A stretch of DNA of 46,369 bases from Candidatus Altiarchaeota archaeon (GCA_043820265.1 JBDREA010000098.1:1-46369); one strand, 5' to 3'; counted from the stretch's first letter, positions 18,583 to 27,273 are shown. The notes: generated from the sequence alone by a model not told the origin. Numbers and translations: made by a program.

Positions 18583-18655
18583 TAGCCCTGGGAGGATTCG
18601 AACCTCCGTCGTCGGTTCCAAAGACCAACAGGATAGGCCACTACCCTACAGGGCT
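18583..18655 (-). tRNA. tRNA-Gln(TTG)
   Basis: AGCCCTG/CAGGGCT acceptor; TTGGT-CTTTGGA-ACCGA anticodon arm; GGAGG-TTCGAAT-CCTCC T-arm. Confidence 0.96.
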
Positions 18656-18705
18656 GTGAGAATTGCTATTATATGCTGAAGGAGGCGAAGCCTCCTGAAG
18701 CTCCC

Positions 18706-18788
18706 TTCTTTCTTTTTCGTCACGCTCACGACCGGAGGTCGTGGCGCACAAGGAAACTTTGTTTCCTTCGTGACGTTTTTCTTTCTTT
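18706..18788. repeat. 83-bp repeat, copy A, with two bulged-hairpin modules (18723-18746, 18747-18772)
   Basis: 82/83 identical to 18888-18970. Confidence 0.92.
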
Positions 18789-18830
18789 CCGTAAACGCTT
18801 TCTTTCTTTTCCTAAAAGAAAGAAAGGGTT

Positions 18831-19032
18831 TGCGCCCACCGGGATTTGAACCCGGGTATTCAGCTTTCTCCGATCCCTTGTTTCGATTTCTTTCTTTTTC
18901 GTGACGCTCACGACCGGAGGTCGTGGCGCACAAGGAAACTTTGTTTCCTTCGTGACGTTTTTCTTTCTTTTCTAAAGAAAGAAAAAGGTTCTTGGAAGGC
19001 TGAAGTCCTAAACCAGACTAGACTATGGACGC
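18831..19032 (-). tRNA. tRNA-Gly(TCC) with 127-nt intron at 37/38 (18866-18992)
   Basis: GCGTCCA/TGGGCGC acceptor; TCAGC-CTTCCA^A-GCTGA; CCGGG-TTCAAAT-CCCGG T-arm; BHB with CTTC/GGAG helix and CAA, AAA bulges. Confidence 0.93.
18888..18970. repeat. 83-bp repeat, copy B, inside the tRNA-Gly intron
   Basis: One mismatch against copy A (G18903 vs C18721). Confidence 0.92.
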
Positions 19033-19120
19033 GTAGTTTGGTTTTTAAATTTCTAGGAATAATTTAAGACATTGTACTTAAAAAAAGTCTTTTTTAATTT
19101 TTGTGAGGTGTTTTTGGAAG

Positions 19121-19792
19121 ATGAAAGATGGTTTGATCGCTTTGAATATGAAGGTTTATGAGCAGTCTACTGGTGATGGTGGATTTAATATCGCTAAGTT
19201 GTGCGATGATGTGGCGTCGGAGTCGGGTGCTGATTTTGTGGTTTGTCCTTCTTCGGATTTGATTTTTAGGGTTTGCCAGGAAGTTGATATTCCTGTTTTT
19301 GCTCAGCATGTTGATAACTGTGGTTTTGGTTCTCATACGGGGAGGCTTCTTCCTGAGGCTGCTTTGGCTTCTGGAGCCTCTGGTAGCTTGATCAATCATA
19401 GTGAGCGTCGTTTGCAGCTTGCAGATATTGAGGCTTTGGTTGAGCGTTTGCGGGCTTTGAAGATGACTTCGATTGTCTGCAGCAATAATATTGCTACGAC
19501 TAAGGCGATTGCTGCTTTGGAGCCGGATTACGTCGCCATTGAGCCGCCTGAGCTAATTGGGAGTGGCATCAGTGTTAGCGCGGCTCAGCCTGAGTTGATT
19601 ACTGGAAGCGTTGATGCCGTCAAGGAGGTTTCCGGTAAGGTCAAGGTGTTGACTGGGGCCGGGATTTCGACGGGCGAAGATGTGAAGAAGGCGTTAGAAC
19701 TTGGCACGGTCGGGGTGTTGCTTGCATCCGGTGTTGTCAAGGCCAAGGATCCTAGGATTGTGCTTTTGGATTTGGTTGCCGGACTGGAATAA
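19121..19792 (+). CDS. tpiA: triosephosphate isomerase (archaeal type)
   Basis: NMKVY, AQHVD, GSHTG, LINHSERR, EPPELIG, GAGIS, GVLLASGV; GAGGTG RBS. Confidence 0.97.
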   Translation: MKDGLIALNMKVYEQSTGDGGFNIAKLCDDVASESGADFVVCPSSDLIFRVCQEVDIPVFAQHVDNCGFGSHTGRLLPEAALASGASGSLINHSERRLQLADIEALVERLRALKMTSIVCSNNIATTKAIAALEPDYVAIEPPELIGSGISVSAAQPELITGSVDAVKEVSGKVKVLTGAGISTGEDVKKALELGTVGVLLASGVVKAKDPRIVLLDLVAGLE

Positions 19793-19815
19793 GTTTATTT
19801 TTTGGGGTGGTTTGA

Positions 19816-20731
19816 ATCTTTGTTTTTGGTAAGCAGAGGCTAGTAAATATTGCGGGAGTTAAGGTTGGGGGGCAGGTTAATGTGCCATGTTGCCTTATCT
19901 CGACTATTTTTTATGAGAGGGAGAGCCTTTTTTTGGATAATGAGGAGAAACGCTTTGATGAGAAGAAGGCCGAAAAACTGATTTTCGCCCAAGGAGCAGG
20001 CGGTTGATGAAACTGGCATTTCTGGGATGGTTGACGTTTATTTATCGGATTCTGTTTCGGCTCGTCGGAGGTTGGATTTTGTCTCTGATTTGACGGATTT
20101 GCCGATTTTGATTGATTCCACTGAGGCGCAGGTAAGGTTGGATGCGGTTAATTATGTCGAGGAAGTAGGCCTTATAGATCGTGTGGTCTATAATTCCATC
20201 AATGCTGGAGTCAGTAGTGAGGAGATAACGGCTTTGAGAGATTCTTCCATTTCTGCTGCGATCGTTTTGGCTTTTAACCCCACGAAAAGCGATGTTTCTG
20301 CACGTATCGATATGCTTGAAAACGGAGGAGGTGCCACAGAAAAGGGGCTTCTTGAAATCGCAGCGAAGTGCGGATTAAAGAAGGTTTTAGTGGACACTGG
20401 TATCACACGGATTGGGGATGGAGCCGGCTCTGCATTTCGGGCGATTCCTGTGATAAAAGCCAAATTTGGGTTACCTTCCGGCTGTGCCCCCCACAATGCG
20501 GTCTCAGCTTGGGGGTGGTTTAAGGAGATTGGTAGGCCTAAACATGTGGATTGGTCTTCTAATGCGATGGCTGCGATGCTTGGGGCTGACTTTATCTTGT
20601 ATGGTCCGATAGAATTCAGTCGAGAGGTTTATGAGGAATTGGCTTTGGCTTCGAATTTCCTTTCAGAAGCGGGCAAGGAGATGGGTCTTCGGATACCAAA
20701 GGATAATCCCTTCAGGAAGTTGAGTTATTAA
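19816..20731 (+). pseudogene. mtrH: MtrH/MtxH-family pterin methyltransferase, frameshifted near 19990 and with ATC at the expected start
   Basis: Frame 1: IFVFGKQRLVNIAGVKVGGQ...STIFY...FDEKKAEKLIFAQ; frame 2 continues EQAVDETGISGMVDV...PILIDST...VYNSIN...GLPSGCAPHNAVSAW...GADFILYGPIE. Confidence 0.82.
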
Positions 20732-20733
20732 AG

Positions 20734-21039
20734 ATGGTTGCAAAAGATGGAATTGAACTGGAATTCGATCCTAATGGATTTATTGTAGTTGACGTCGACT
20801 CTGAGAAAAAGAAGGTTATTCTCAGACTTTATGGATACGACCGAAAGTTGAAGGGAAGGTTGGAGGGTTTAGACTATGAAGTCTTGATGAGAAAAGTGCT
20901 TAACGATGAGTGGGTTAGTCGTTTGGATCATGCAGGGTATCTTGGGAGAGAGCTTCAGAAAGCGGAGATAGCAATAAAAAATAATTTGAAGTATGTTCAA
21001 GACGATCCCTTGGGATTTGATTCTCTTTCCAGACGGTAA
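20734..21039 (+). CDS. DUF4346-domain protein
   Basis: DPNGF, VSRLDHAGYLGRELQKAEIA...YVQD. Confidence 0.85.
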   Translation: MVAKDGIELEFDPNGFIVVDVDSEKKKVILRLYGYDRKLKGRLEGLDYEVLMRKVLNDEWVSRLDHAGYLGRELQKAEIAIKNNLKYVQDDPLGFDSLSRR

Positions 21040-22088
21040 TCGATGACTATCTCTTCTAGGTCTCGTTGGAGTCCTTTCTTTTTTATTGGTGTTAGGTCTT
21101 TTTCTTTTACATAGTAGCAGTCGTTGAGGCTTCTAAGTATCGCTGCATCTGCCGTTCTTATCCCTTTTTTTATCAGGAACTCCCGGTCTTTTAGGTCTCC
21201 GATAAACACTACTTCGGCTTTTTCCAGCTGATTCCAATCCTTTTTCTTGATTTTTCTCCGAAGAAACGTCAGTCCACCGTATTCTTTCGGAAATATTCCA
21301 ACGGGCTGTATTTCCTTTTGTCCGATTTTTTCCCATAGGATCCGGTATTCTTCGATTTGTCCTGCCTTCTTTTTCATTTTAGCAAGGCTGGAATCAAGGT
21401 TTCTTATGACGTGTTCTCGTTGACCTATCTCTTTGTCTTTATGCAATTCCAAACGATATATTCTCTTGGCTTGTGTAGTCTGGTCGTTTAGTGCTTTGAT
21501 CTTTTCCTCGTTTTGAGTAATCTTTTCTTTGAGGAGTTCGACTTGTCTTCTGAGGTTTCGAAGCATCTGTTCTTCTTGGGATAATTCCTTTTTTTGTGGG
21601 TGAGATTTCTTTTTTTTGGGTTGTGGCTTCGGTTCTTCTTCAGAGAGAAACTCTGCTGCTGCTTCGATGGATATACCTTGCAGTACAAGATCTTTTACGT
21701 CGTCCCCAAGTCCTTTGGATTCTATTTTTTGGAACTTGTTTTTGTAATGTTGAAACGCGTTTAATGCTGCAGCTAATGCGTCTCTTTGATGGACGTCTCC
21801 TGGATTGAATTCCTTTGTCATTTCGTTTTTCTGCGAAACTGGTAGGGGCTCTTTTGGAGGGAAAACGGGTGCACCCAACGAAGAAGCAATCTTTGATACG
21901 AAATCGGGAACTGGGGAAACGTCTGTTGCCACAAGAGAAACGTGCCCTACGGAAATCAGATGCTCTATGGTCTTTTCAACCCCCACATGACGTCCGCTGA
22001 ATAGTTCAATTATTGATCCAGAAAGATCAATGGATGCTAGACCGATTGTTGTGCCGGGGTCTATTCCCACGATGAGATAGGGGGGCAT
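20997..22088 (-). CDS. DUF460-domain protein (RNase H-like N-domain plus coiled coil)
   Basis: LIVGIDPGTT, VATDVSP.PDFV.K, HQRDALAAA; coiled coil. Confidence 0.85.
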   Translation of the reverse strand: MPPYLIVGIDPGTTIGLASIDLSGSIIELFSGRHVGVEKTIEHLISVGHVSLVATDVSPVPDFVSKIASSLGAPVFPPKEPLPVSQKNEMTKEFNPGDVHQRDALAAALNAFQHYKNKFQKIESKGLGDDVKDLVLQGISIEAAAEFLSEEEPKPQPKKKKSHPQKKELSQEEQMLRNLRRQVELLKEKITQNEEKIKALNDQTTQAKRIYRLELHKDKEIGQREHVIRNLDSSLAKMKKKAGQIEEYRILWEKIGQKEIQPVGIFPKEYGGLTFLRRKIKKKDWNQLEKAEVVFIGDLKDREFLIKKGIRTADAAILRSLNDCYYVKEKDLTPIKKKGLQRDLEEIVIDYRLERESNPKGSS

Positions 22089-22104
22089 AGTAGGCCTATA
22101 ATTT

Positions 22105-23481
22105 CTAATCTATGAGTTTTGTTTGCTTCTTTTTTATGGGGTATTGTCCTGTGAGACAGGCCACGCAAAGTTTTTCCTTTGGAAATCCGATGGATTCGAC
22201 GAGTCCTTCTATGCTTGTGTAGTGTAGACTGTCTGCACCGATTTTCTTTCTTATTTGGTTGACTGTCTTTTTGGAAGCTATGAATTCGCCCTTGGTTTGC
22301 ATGTCTATCCCATAAAAGCATGGATGCTTTATAGGTGGGCATGCAATCCGTACATGAACTTTTTCGGCGCCGGCATCTTTAAGTAGTTTTACTAGCCGTT
22401 TTTGAGTGGTTCCTCTAACGATTGAGTCGTCTACTAATATGACCTCTTTGCCTTTTATCTCGCTTGTGATGGGATTCATTTTCAAACGTACGTTGAAGTC
22501 TCTCATGCCCTGCTCAGGTAAAATGAATGTTCGGCCGACGTAGGTGTTTTTCATTAATCCCTCAGAGTAGTATATTCCGCTTTCCTCTGAGTATCCGATT
22601 GCCGTTGTAATTCCCGAGTTCGGGACGGGTATCACTATGTCTGCGTCGATGTCTGGTAGTTTCGCTGTTGCCTCGTGGTATAGGTTCCATCCAAGCTTCT
22701 TTCTAACTTCGAATACTGATCTGCCGTTGATGACAGAGTCGGGTCTTGCGAAGTAGACGTATTCGAACATGCAGTGTTTGACTTCGTCTTTTAAGCCGAA
22801 ATGGGAGGACAACTTTCCCTTCTCGAGAACTAGTATCTCTGAGGGTTTTACGTCTCTTACAAGAGGGACCTGTATTGCATCGAGTGCGCAACTTTCTGAT
22901 GCGAATACGTGTGTTCCGGCCTTATATCCATAGACCAGCGGCCTTATTCCATGAGGGTCTCTGACTGCGATCAACTTGTCTCCCGAAAGAATGGTCAGGC
23001 AATATGCGCCCTCCAGGTATCTCATGGTCTTTTTGATGGCCTCGACCAGGTCGCCGCATTGGATATGTTCTCTTGCTATGATGTGTGCTATAACCTCTGT
23101 ATCGGAGGTCGTGGAAAATATGTTGCCTCTGTGCTCCAATCTAGTCTTCAATTCAAAGGAGTTGACAATGTTTCCGTTGTGGGCTATCGCAAAAGAACCC
23201 ATTGCGTAGTTGATCAGAAGTGGTTGGGCGTTCTGGAGCCTGCTTTCACCGGTCGTCGAATATCGGACATGCCCTATTCCAACGTTTCCCTCAAGATCTA
23301 TTTCCCGAAAGACTTCGGAGACCAACCCCATGTTCTTATAGGCGCGGACCTTGCCTTTGTGGAATGTCGCCATACCAGCGGACTCCTGGCCGCGGTGTTG
23401 CAGCGCATATAATCCAAGATAGATTCGAGAATAGACTGGTTCATCAGACATTATCCCGAAAACAGCGCATTTATCCCTCAT
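22105..23481 (-). CDS. purF: amidophosphoribosyltransferase
   Basis: N-terminal Cys after short propeptide, LQHRGQESAG, GHVRYST, AHNGN, CMFEYVYFARPDS, VDDSIVRGTT, PCFYGID, CVAC. Confidence 0.98.
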   Translation of the reverse strand: MRDKCAVFGIMSDEPVYSRIYLGLYALQHRGQESAGMATFHKGKVRAYKNMGLVSEVFREIDLEGNVGIGHVRYSTTGESRLQNAQPLLINYAMGSFAIAHNGNIVNSFELKTRLEHRGNIFSTTSDTEVIAHIIAREHIQCGDLVEAIKKTMRYLEGAYCLTILSGDKLIAVRDPHGIRPLVYGYKAGTHVFASESCALDAIQVPLVRDVKPSEILVLEKGKLSSHFGLKDEVKHCMFEYVYFARPDSVINGRSVFEVRKKLGWNLYHEATAKLPDIDADIVIPVPNSGITTAIGYSEESGIYYSEGLMKNTYVGRTFILPEQGMRDFNVRLKMNPITSEIKGKEVILVDDSIVRGTTQKRLVKLLKDAGAEKVHVRIACPPIKHPCFYGIDMQTKGEFIASKKTVNQIRKKIGADSLHYTSIEGLVESIGFPKEKLCVACLTGQYPIKKKQTKLID

Positions 23482-23537
23482 TCTTTTTTTACTCAGAGGA
23501 GTTTATTATTTCTCATTGGAGTTATATAAGCGTCAAA

Positions 23538-24710
23538 ATGAGGTTTCAGAGTTCGACTAAGGGGATTTGCGGGGAAGGTTTCCATGCCTCTGGAATTCGT
23601 CTGGGAAAGTGCGGGGTCACATTAATATTGGCTGCTTGTCCGTGCACTGCAGTGGGCGTCTTTACAAAAAACTCTGTGAAGGCTGCCCCTGTTGTTTTGT
23701 CCAAACAGAGGATTGGGGGCAGAATAAAAGCTATTGTCGCAAACTCCGGGAATGCTAATTGCTGTGTTAAGGGCGGATTGGATGATGCCAAAGCGATTGG
23801 GGATTATGCTTCTGAAAAGCTTGGAGTCCCTAAAAATTCCGTTTTGGTTGCATCAACGGGTGTAATTGGAAAAAAACTGGATTTGGGTTTGATAGAGGAG
23901 TTGACGAAAAAAGCGGCTTATAAGCTTAAATCCAACTCTCAGGCGAGCTTGGATGCCGCAAAAGCCATCATGACCACCGATACGAAAGCTAAGATGTATG
24001 CTGTAAAGAGCGGAGAGTTATTTGTGGGAGCAATAGCTAAGGGTTCGGGCATGATTCACCCGGATATGGCGACCATGCTCTGCTTTATCACAACGAACGC
24101 GAAGCTGCCTAGAAAACAGCTTCAATCTAGCTTAAACGATGCTGTGGCTGAAAGCTTTAATATGGTTTCCGTAGACGGCGACCAGAGCACAAACGACACA
24201 GTGATTCTTTTAAGCAATGGGTTTAAGAAATGCAAAAAAGATCTATTTCAGGGAATGCTTAAGCAAGTCTGTGTGGAGATAGCTAAAAAGATCGCAGCGG
24301 ACGGGGAGGGGGCGTCCAAATTTTTCGAGGTGAATGTCTCCGGCGCTAGATCTGAAAAAGAAGCCAGGATAGCAGCCAAAGCCGTCGAATCTTCTCCTTT
24401 GGTGAAGACTGCCTTATATGGCTCTAATCCGAACTGGGGAAGGATTGCGGGAAAAATCGGTTCAGTGATCGATGCTAGATTTGAGCGGATGTCGATAACG
24501 TTTTCGTCCAAAACTGAAAAAGCAAAGGTTCTCTCCAAGGGCGTGGGGATAAAATCAAAAGATTCTTTAACTCTCAGAAAAGCCAAAAAGATCCTCAGAT
24601 CAAAGGAGATAGTAGTCACAGTGAATCTCGGATCTTGTAAAGGTAAAGCAACCGCTTGGGGATGCGATTTGACGCCAGAGTACGTTAAGATCAATGCAGA
24701 ATACAACTAG
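23538..24710 (+). CDS. argJ: ornithine acetyltransferase
   Basis: GVFTKN, NSGNAN, ASTGVIG, IMTTDT, KGSGMIHPDMATML, DGDQSTNDT, DGEGA, NWGRI, INAEY; ATG at 23538. Confidence 0.96.
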   Translation: MRFQSSTKGICGEGFHASGIRLGKCGVTLILAACPCTAVGVFTKNSVKAAPVVLSKQRIGGRIKAIVANSGNANCCVKGGLDDAKAIGDYASEKLGVPKNSVLVASTGVIGKKLDLGLIEELTKKAAYKLKSNSQASLDAAKAIMTTDTKAKMYAVKSGELFVGAIAKGSGMIHPDMATMLCFITTNAKLPRKQLQSSLNDAVAESFNMVSVDGDQSTNDTVILLSNGFKKCKKDLFQGMLKQVCVEIAKKIAADGEGASKFFEVNVSGARSEKEARIAAKAVESSPLVKTALYGSNPNWGRIAGKIGSVIDARFERMSITFSSKTEKAKVLSKGVGIKSKDSLTLRKAKKILRSKEIVVTVNLGSCKGKATAWGCDLTPEYVKINAEYN

Positions 24711-24713
24711 GAA

Positions 24714-25331
24714 ATGAGAGTCGCTGGATCAGACATAAAAGTCGTGGAGGGATTGATAGCCCTAAACGGGGTAGTCTTCATCATGTCCATGGCGAACCAG
24801 GAGATGGTTTTTCAGAATATGGGCATGTCTTTTTCTTCCTTTTTCATTAAACCCTGGACCATCATCACGAGCATGTTCGTGCATGCCGGATTCCACCACA
24901 TACTCTGGAACATGATAGGGCTTTTCATGTTCAGCATGTATCTTGAGAGGCTTATCGGAGAAAAGATACTCTTAAAGATCTACATGATCGGCGGGATATG
25001 CGGCGGACTCCTGTACCTTTTTACTGCAATGATTGGTTTAGCCCATCCAAACACCATCGTAGTCGGCGCAAGCGGGGCGATTTTCGCATTGGGTGCGACA
25101 CTCGCCGTCCTGCGCCCCAACATCCAGATATACCTGTTTCCCATACCCTTCCCCATGCCCCTCTACGTCGCCGTGTTCTTCTTCATGGTCGTGATGAGCT
25201 TTCAGCCAGGGGTCGCATGGGCAGGCCACTTCGGAGGACTGGCAGCAGGAGTCTACTTTGGCTTCCAACTGAAAAAACAAACACCAGAATACCAGATAAT
25301 TACACCATACGGAAGGACTAGATACTATTAA
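24714..25331 (+). CDS. rhomboid-family intramembrane serine protease
   Basis: PWTIITSMFVH, HILWNM, VGASGA, GHFGG. Confidence 0.94.
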   Translation: MRVAGSDIKVVEGLIALNGVVFIMSMANQEMVFQNMGMSFSSFFIKPWTIITSMFVHAGFHHILWNMIGLFMFSMYLERLIGEKILLKIYMIGGICGGLLYLFTAMIGLAHPNTIVVGASGAIFALGATLAVLRPNIQIYLFPIPFPMPLYVAVFFFMVVMSFQPGVAWAGHFGGLAAGVYFGFQLKKQTPEYQIITPYGRTRYY

Positions 25332-27091
25332 GCAAAGTATTCGTTCCAGCTTTTGACTTGTAGTTCTTTGTTTTTTACGTATTCGATTGCTTGGACTGAT
25401 GCTTTGGCGCCGGCGTAGGTTGTTATATAGGGTAGGTTTAGCTCGATTGCCGCCCGCCGGATTTGGTATCCGTCTTTGTCTTGCTGGCCGAGTGGGGGAG
25501 AATTGATTATCAAAGAGATTTTTCCTCGTTGGATTAAATCCAGGATGTTGGGTTTCCCTTCGCTGATCTTTTGGGTGAGAGAAGATTTGATTCCGTGTTT
25601 TTTGAAGTAGTCTCTTGTCCCTTCAGTTGAAGTGACTGAGAACCCAAGTTTTTGAAAGCGCTGGGCGACAGGTAACATTAGGGCTTTGTCTTCTCCCCGG
25701 ACACTTATGAAGACGTTACCTTCCATGGGAATCTTATTTCCGGCAGATAGCTGGGATTTGTAGTATGCTGTGGGAAAGTCAGCATCCAATCCGATTACTT
25801 CGCCTGTAGACTTCATCTCAGGAGAGAGGACAGGATCAACTCCCGGAAGTTTTAGGAAGGGAAAAACGACCTCTTTTACTGCTACGTGTTTGATTTTACG
25901 CATCGGATAAAGATCAGATGCCAAGTCTTTCAGTTTTTGGCCCACAATGACCTTGGCTGCAAGTTTGGCAAGTGGGATACCAACTGCCTTGGATACGAAT
26001 GGAACAGTCCTAGATGATCTTGGATTGGCTTCGAGTGTGTAGACAACTTTATCCTTAACAGCGTATTGCACATTCATCAAACCTATGATATTCAACTCTA
26101 AAGCTAGATTCCTAGTGTATTCCTCAATTGTCTTGATTACTTTTTTGGAAAGTGTTTGAGGAGGGATAACACATGCAGAGTCTCCCGAATGAACACCAGC
26201 AGCTTCGATATGCTCCATTATCGCGCCAATCAAAACGTCTTTTCCGTCGCATACTGCGTCGACGTCTACTTCTACGGCATCCTGCAGGAATTTGTCGATC
26301 AGAATCGGGTGTTTGGGAGACACCTTGGTAGCCTCAACCATGTAGCTATTCAGCTCGTCTTCGGCATAGACTATCTCCATTGCCCTGCCACCCAACACAT
26401 AGCTTGGGCGCACAAGAACAGGGTAACCGATTCTTGCCGCGATGGCTTGGACCTCCTTAAAGGTAAATCCAGTGCCCCATTCAGCGGAGGGCATGCCCAG
26501 TTTCTCCAATACTTTTCCGAAGAAATTTCGGTTCTCTGCCCGGTCGATGTCAGAAGGTTTTGTGCCGAGGATTTTGACGCCGTTTTCCGCGAGCTCAGAA
26601 CATAGGTTGATTGAGGTCTGGCCTCCGAACTGGACCATTACTCCAAGAAGGTTTCTATCTTCGATTTCCACGACATTCAGCACATCCTCTAATGTAATGG
26701 GTTCAAAGTATAGCTTGTCTGAGATGTCGAAATCCGTTGATACGGTTTCGGGGTTGTTGTTGATGATAATCGTTTCTATCCCAATCTCTTTAAGGGCAAA
26801 AATGGCATGTACTGTGCAGCAGTCGAATTCAATACCTTGTCCAATCCGAATCGGTCCCGAACCCAGAATGATAACTTTTTTTTCATTAGATGATTTTGAT
26901 TCGTTTTCGGATTCGTAGGTGGAGTAGTAGTAGGGAGTGAATGCATCGAATTCTGCCGCACATGTATCTACCATCTTATATGAGGCCTTCAAGCCTTCCT
27001 TTAGCCTAAAGTCTCTGACTTCAATTGTTTCCCCTATATGTGAATCGAGGAAACCCATCCGCTTAAGCCTTAAAATTTTCTCTTTGTCCAT
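25328..27091 (-). CDS. carB: carbamoyl-phosphate synthase large chain, C-terminal half
   Basis: YKMVDTCAAEF, GSGPIRIGQGIEFD, RPSYVLGG, EANPRSSRT, MKSTGEV, MGS domain; lacks the N-terminal ATP-grasp. Confidence 0.95.
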   Translation of the reverse strand: MDKEKILRLKRMGFLDSHIGETIEVRDFRLKEGLKASYKMVDTCAAEFDAFTPYYYSTYESENESKSSNEKKVIILGSGPIRIGQGIEFDCCTVHAIFALKEIGIETIIINNNPETVSTDFDISDKLYFEPITLEDVLNVVEIEDRNLLGVMVQFGGQTSINLCSELAENGVKILGTKPSDIDRAENRNFFGKVLEKLGMPSAEWGTGFTFKEVQAIAARIGYPVLVRPSYVLGGRAMEIVYAEDELNSYMVEATKVSPKHPILIDKFLQDAVEVDVDAVCDGKDVLIGAIMEHIEAAGVHSGDSACVIPPQTLSKKVIKTIEEYTRNLALELNIIGLMNVQYAVKDKVVYTLEANPRSSRTVPFVSKAVGIPLAKLAAKVIVGQKLKDLASDLYPMRKIKHVAVKEVVFPFLKLPGVDPVLSPEMKSTGEVIGLDADFPTAYYKSQLSAGNKIPMEGNVFISVRGEDKALMLPVAQRFQKLGFSVTSTEGTRDYFKKHGIKSSLTQKISEGKPNILDLIQRGKISLIINSPPLGQQDKDGYQIRRAAIELNLPYITTYAGAKASVQAIEYVKNKELQVKSWNEYFA

Positions 27092-27119
27092 TAGATCTGC
27101 ACTATAGAATTGTTCCTTT

Positions 27120-27170
27120 TATAGTGGAGGACATAACTTTATAAACAATCTCTTATGTCCTCCAATATAT
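27120..27170. promoter_or_regulatory. 51-bp inverted-repeat element enclosing TTTATAAA, in the carB/ubiA divergent spacer
   Basis: TATAGTGGAGGACAT-N18-TTATGTCCTCCAATATAT; both arms recur inverted at 35232-35282. Confidence 0.65.
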
Positions 27171-27273
27171 CTGAGGCCCCATCTCATCTAAGAGTGGTCT
27201 AGAAAGATGTGGCCTCAGCCATATTTAAGGGCTTTACATATTAAAACTTGGAGAAAAAGTCCAGTTTGACAAT

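Noticed and set aside
18393-19067. ORFs 18646-18933, 18726-18911, 18846-19067 and the 5' extension of 18261-18539
   Set aside because: They run through tRNAs, repeats and the MITE; spurious.
23220-23537. Long N-terminal extension of ArgJ in the ORF track
   Set aside because: Overlaps purF on the opposite strand; ArgJ-like sequence starts at ATG 23538 after a TATA-like TTATATAA.
27126-27163. XerA/dif site
   Set aside because: The arms resemble Xer half-sites, but the CATAA-TTATG spacing is 16 bp here and 21 bp at 35188-35230, not 6 bp.
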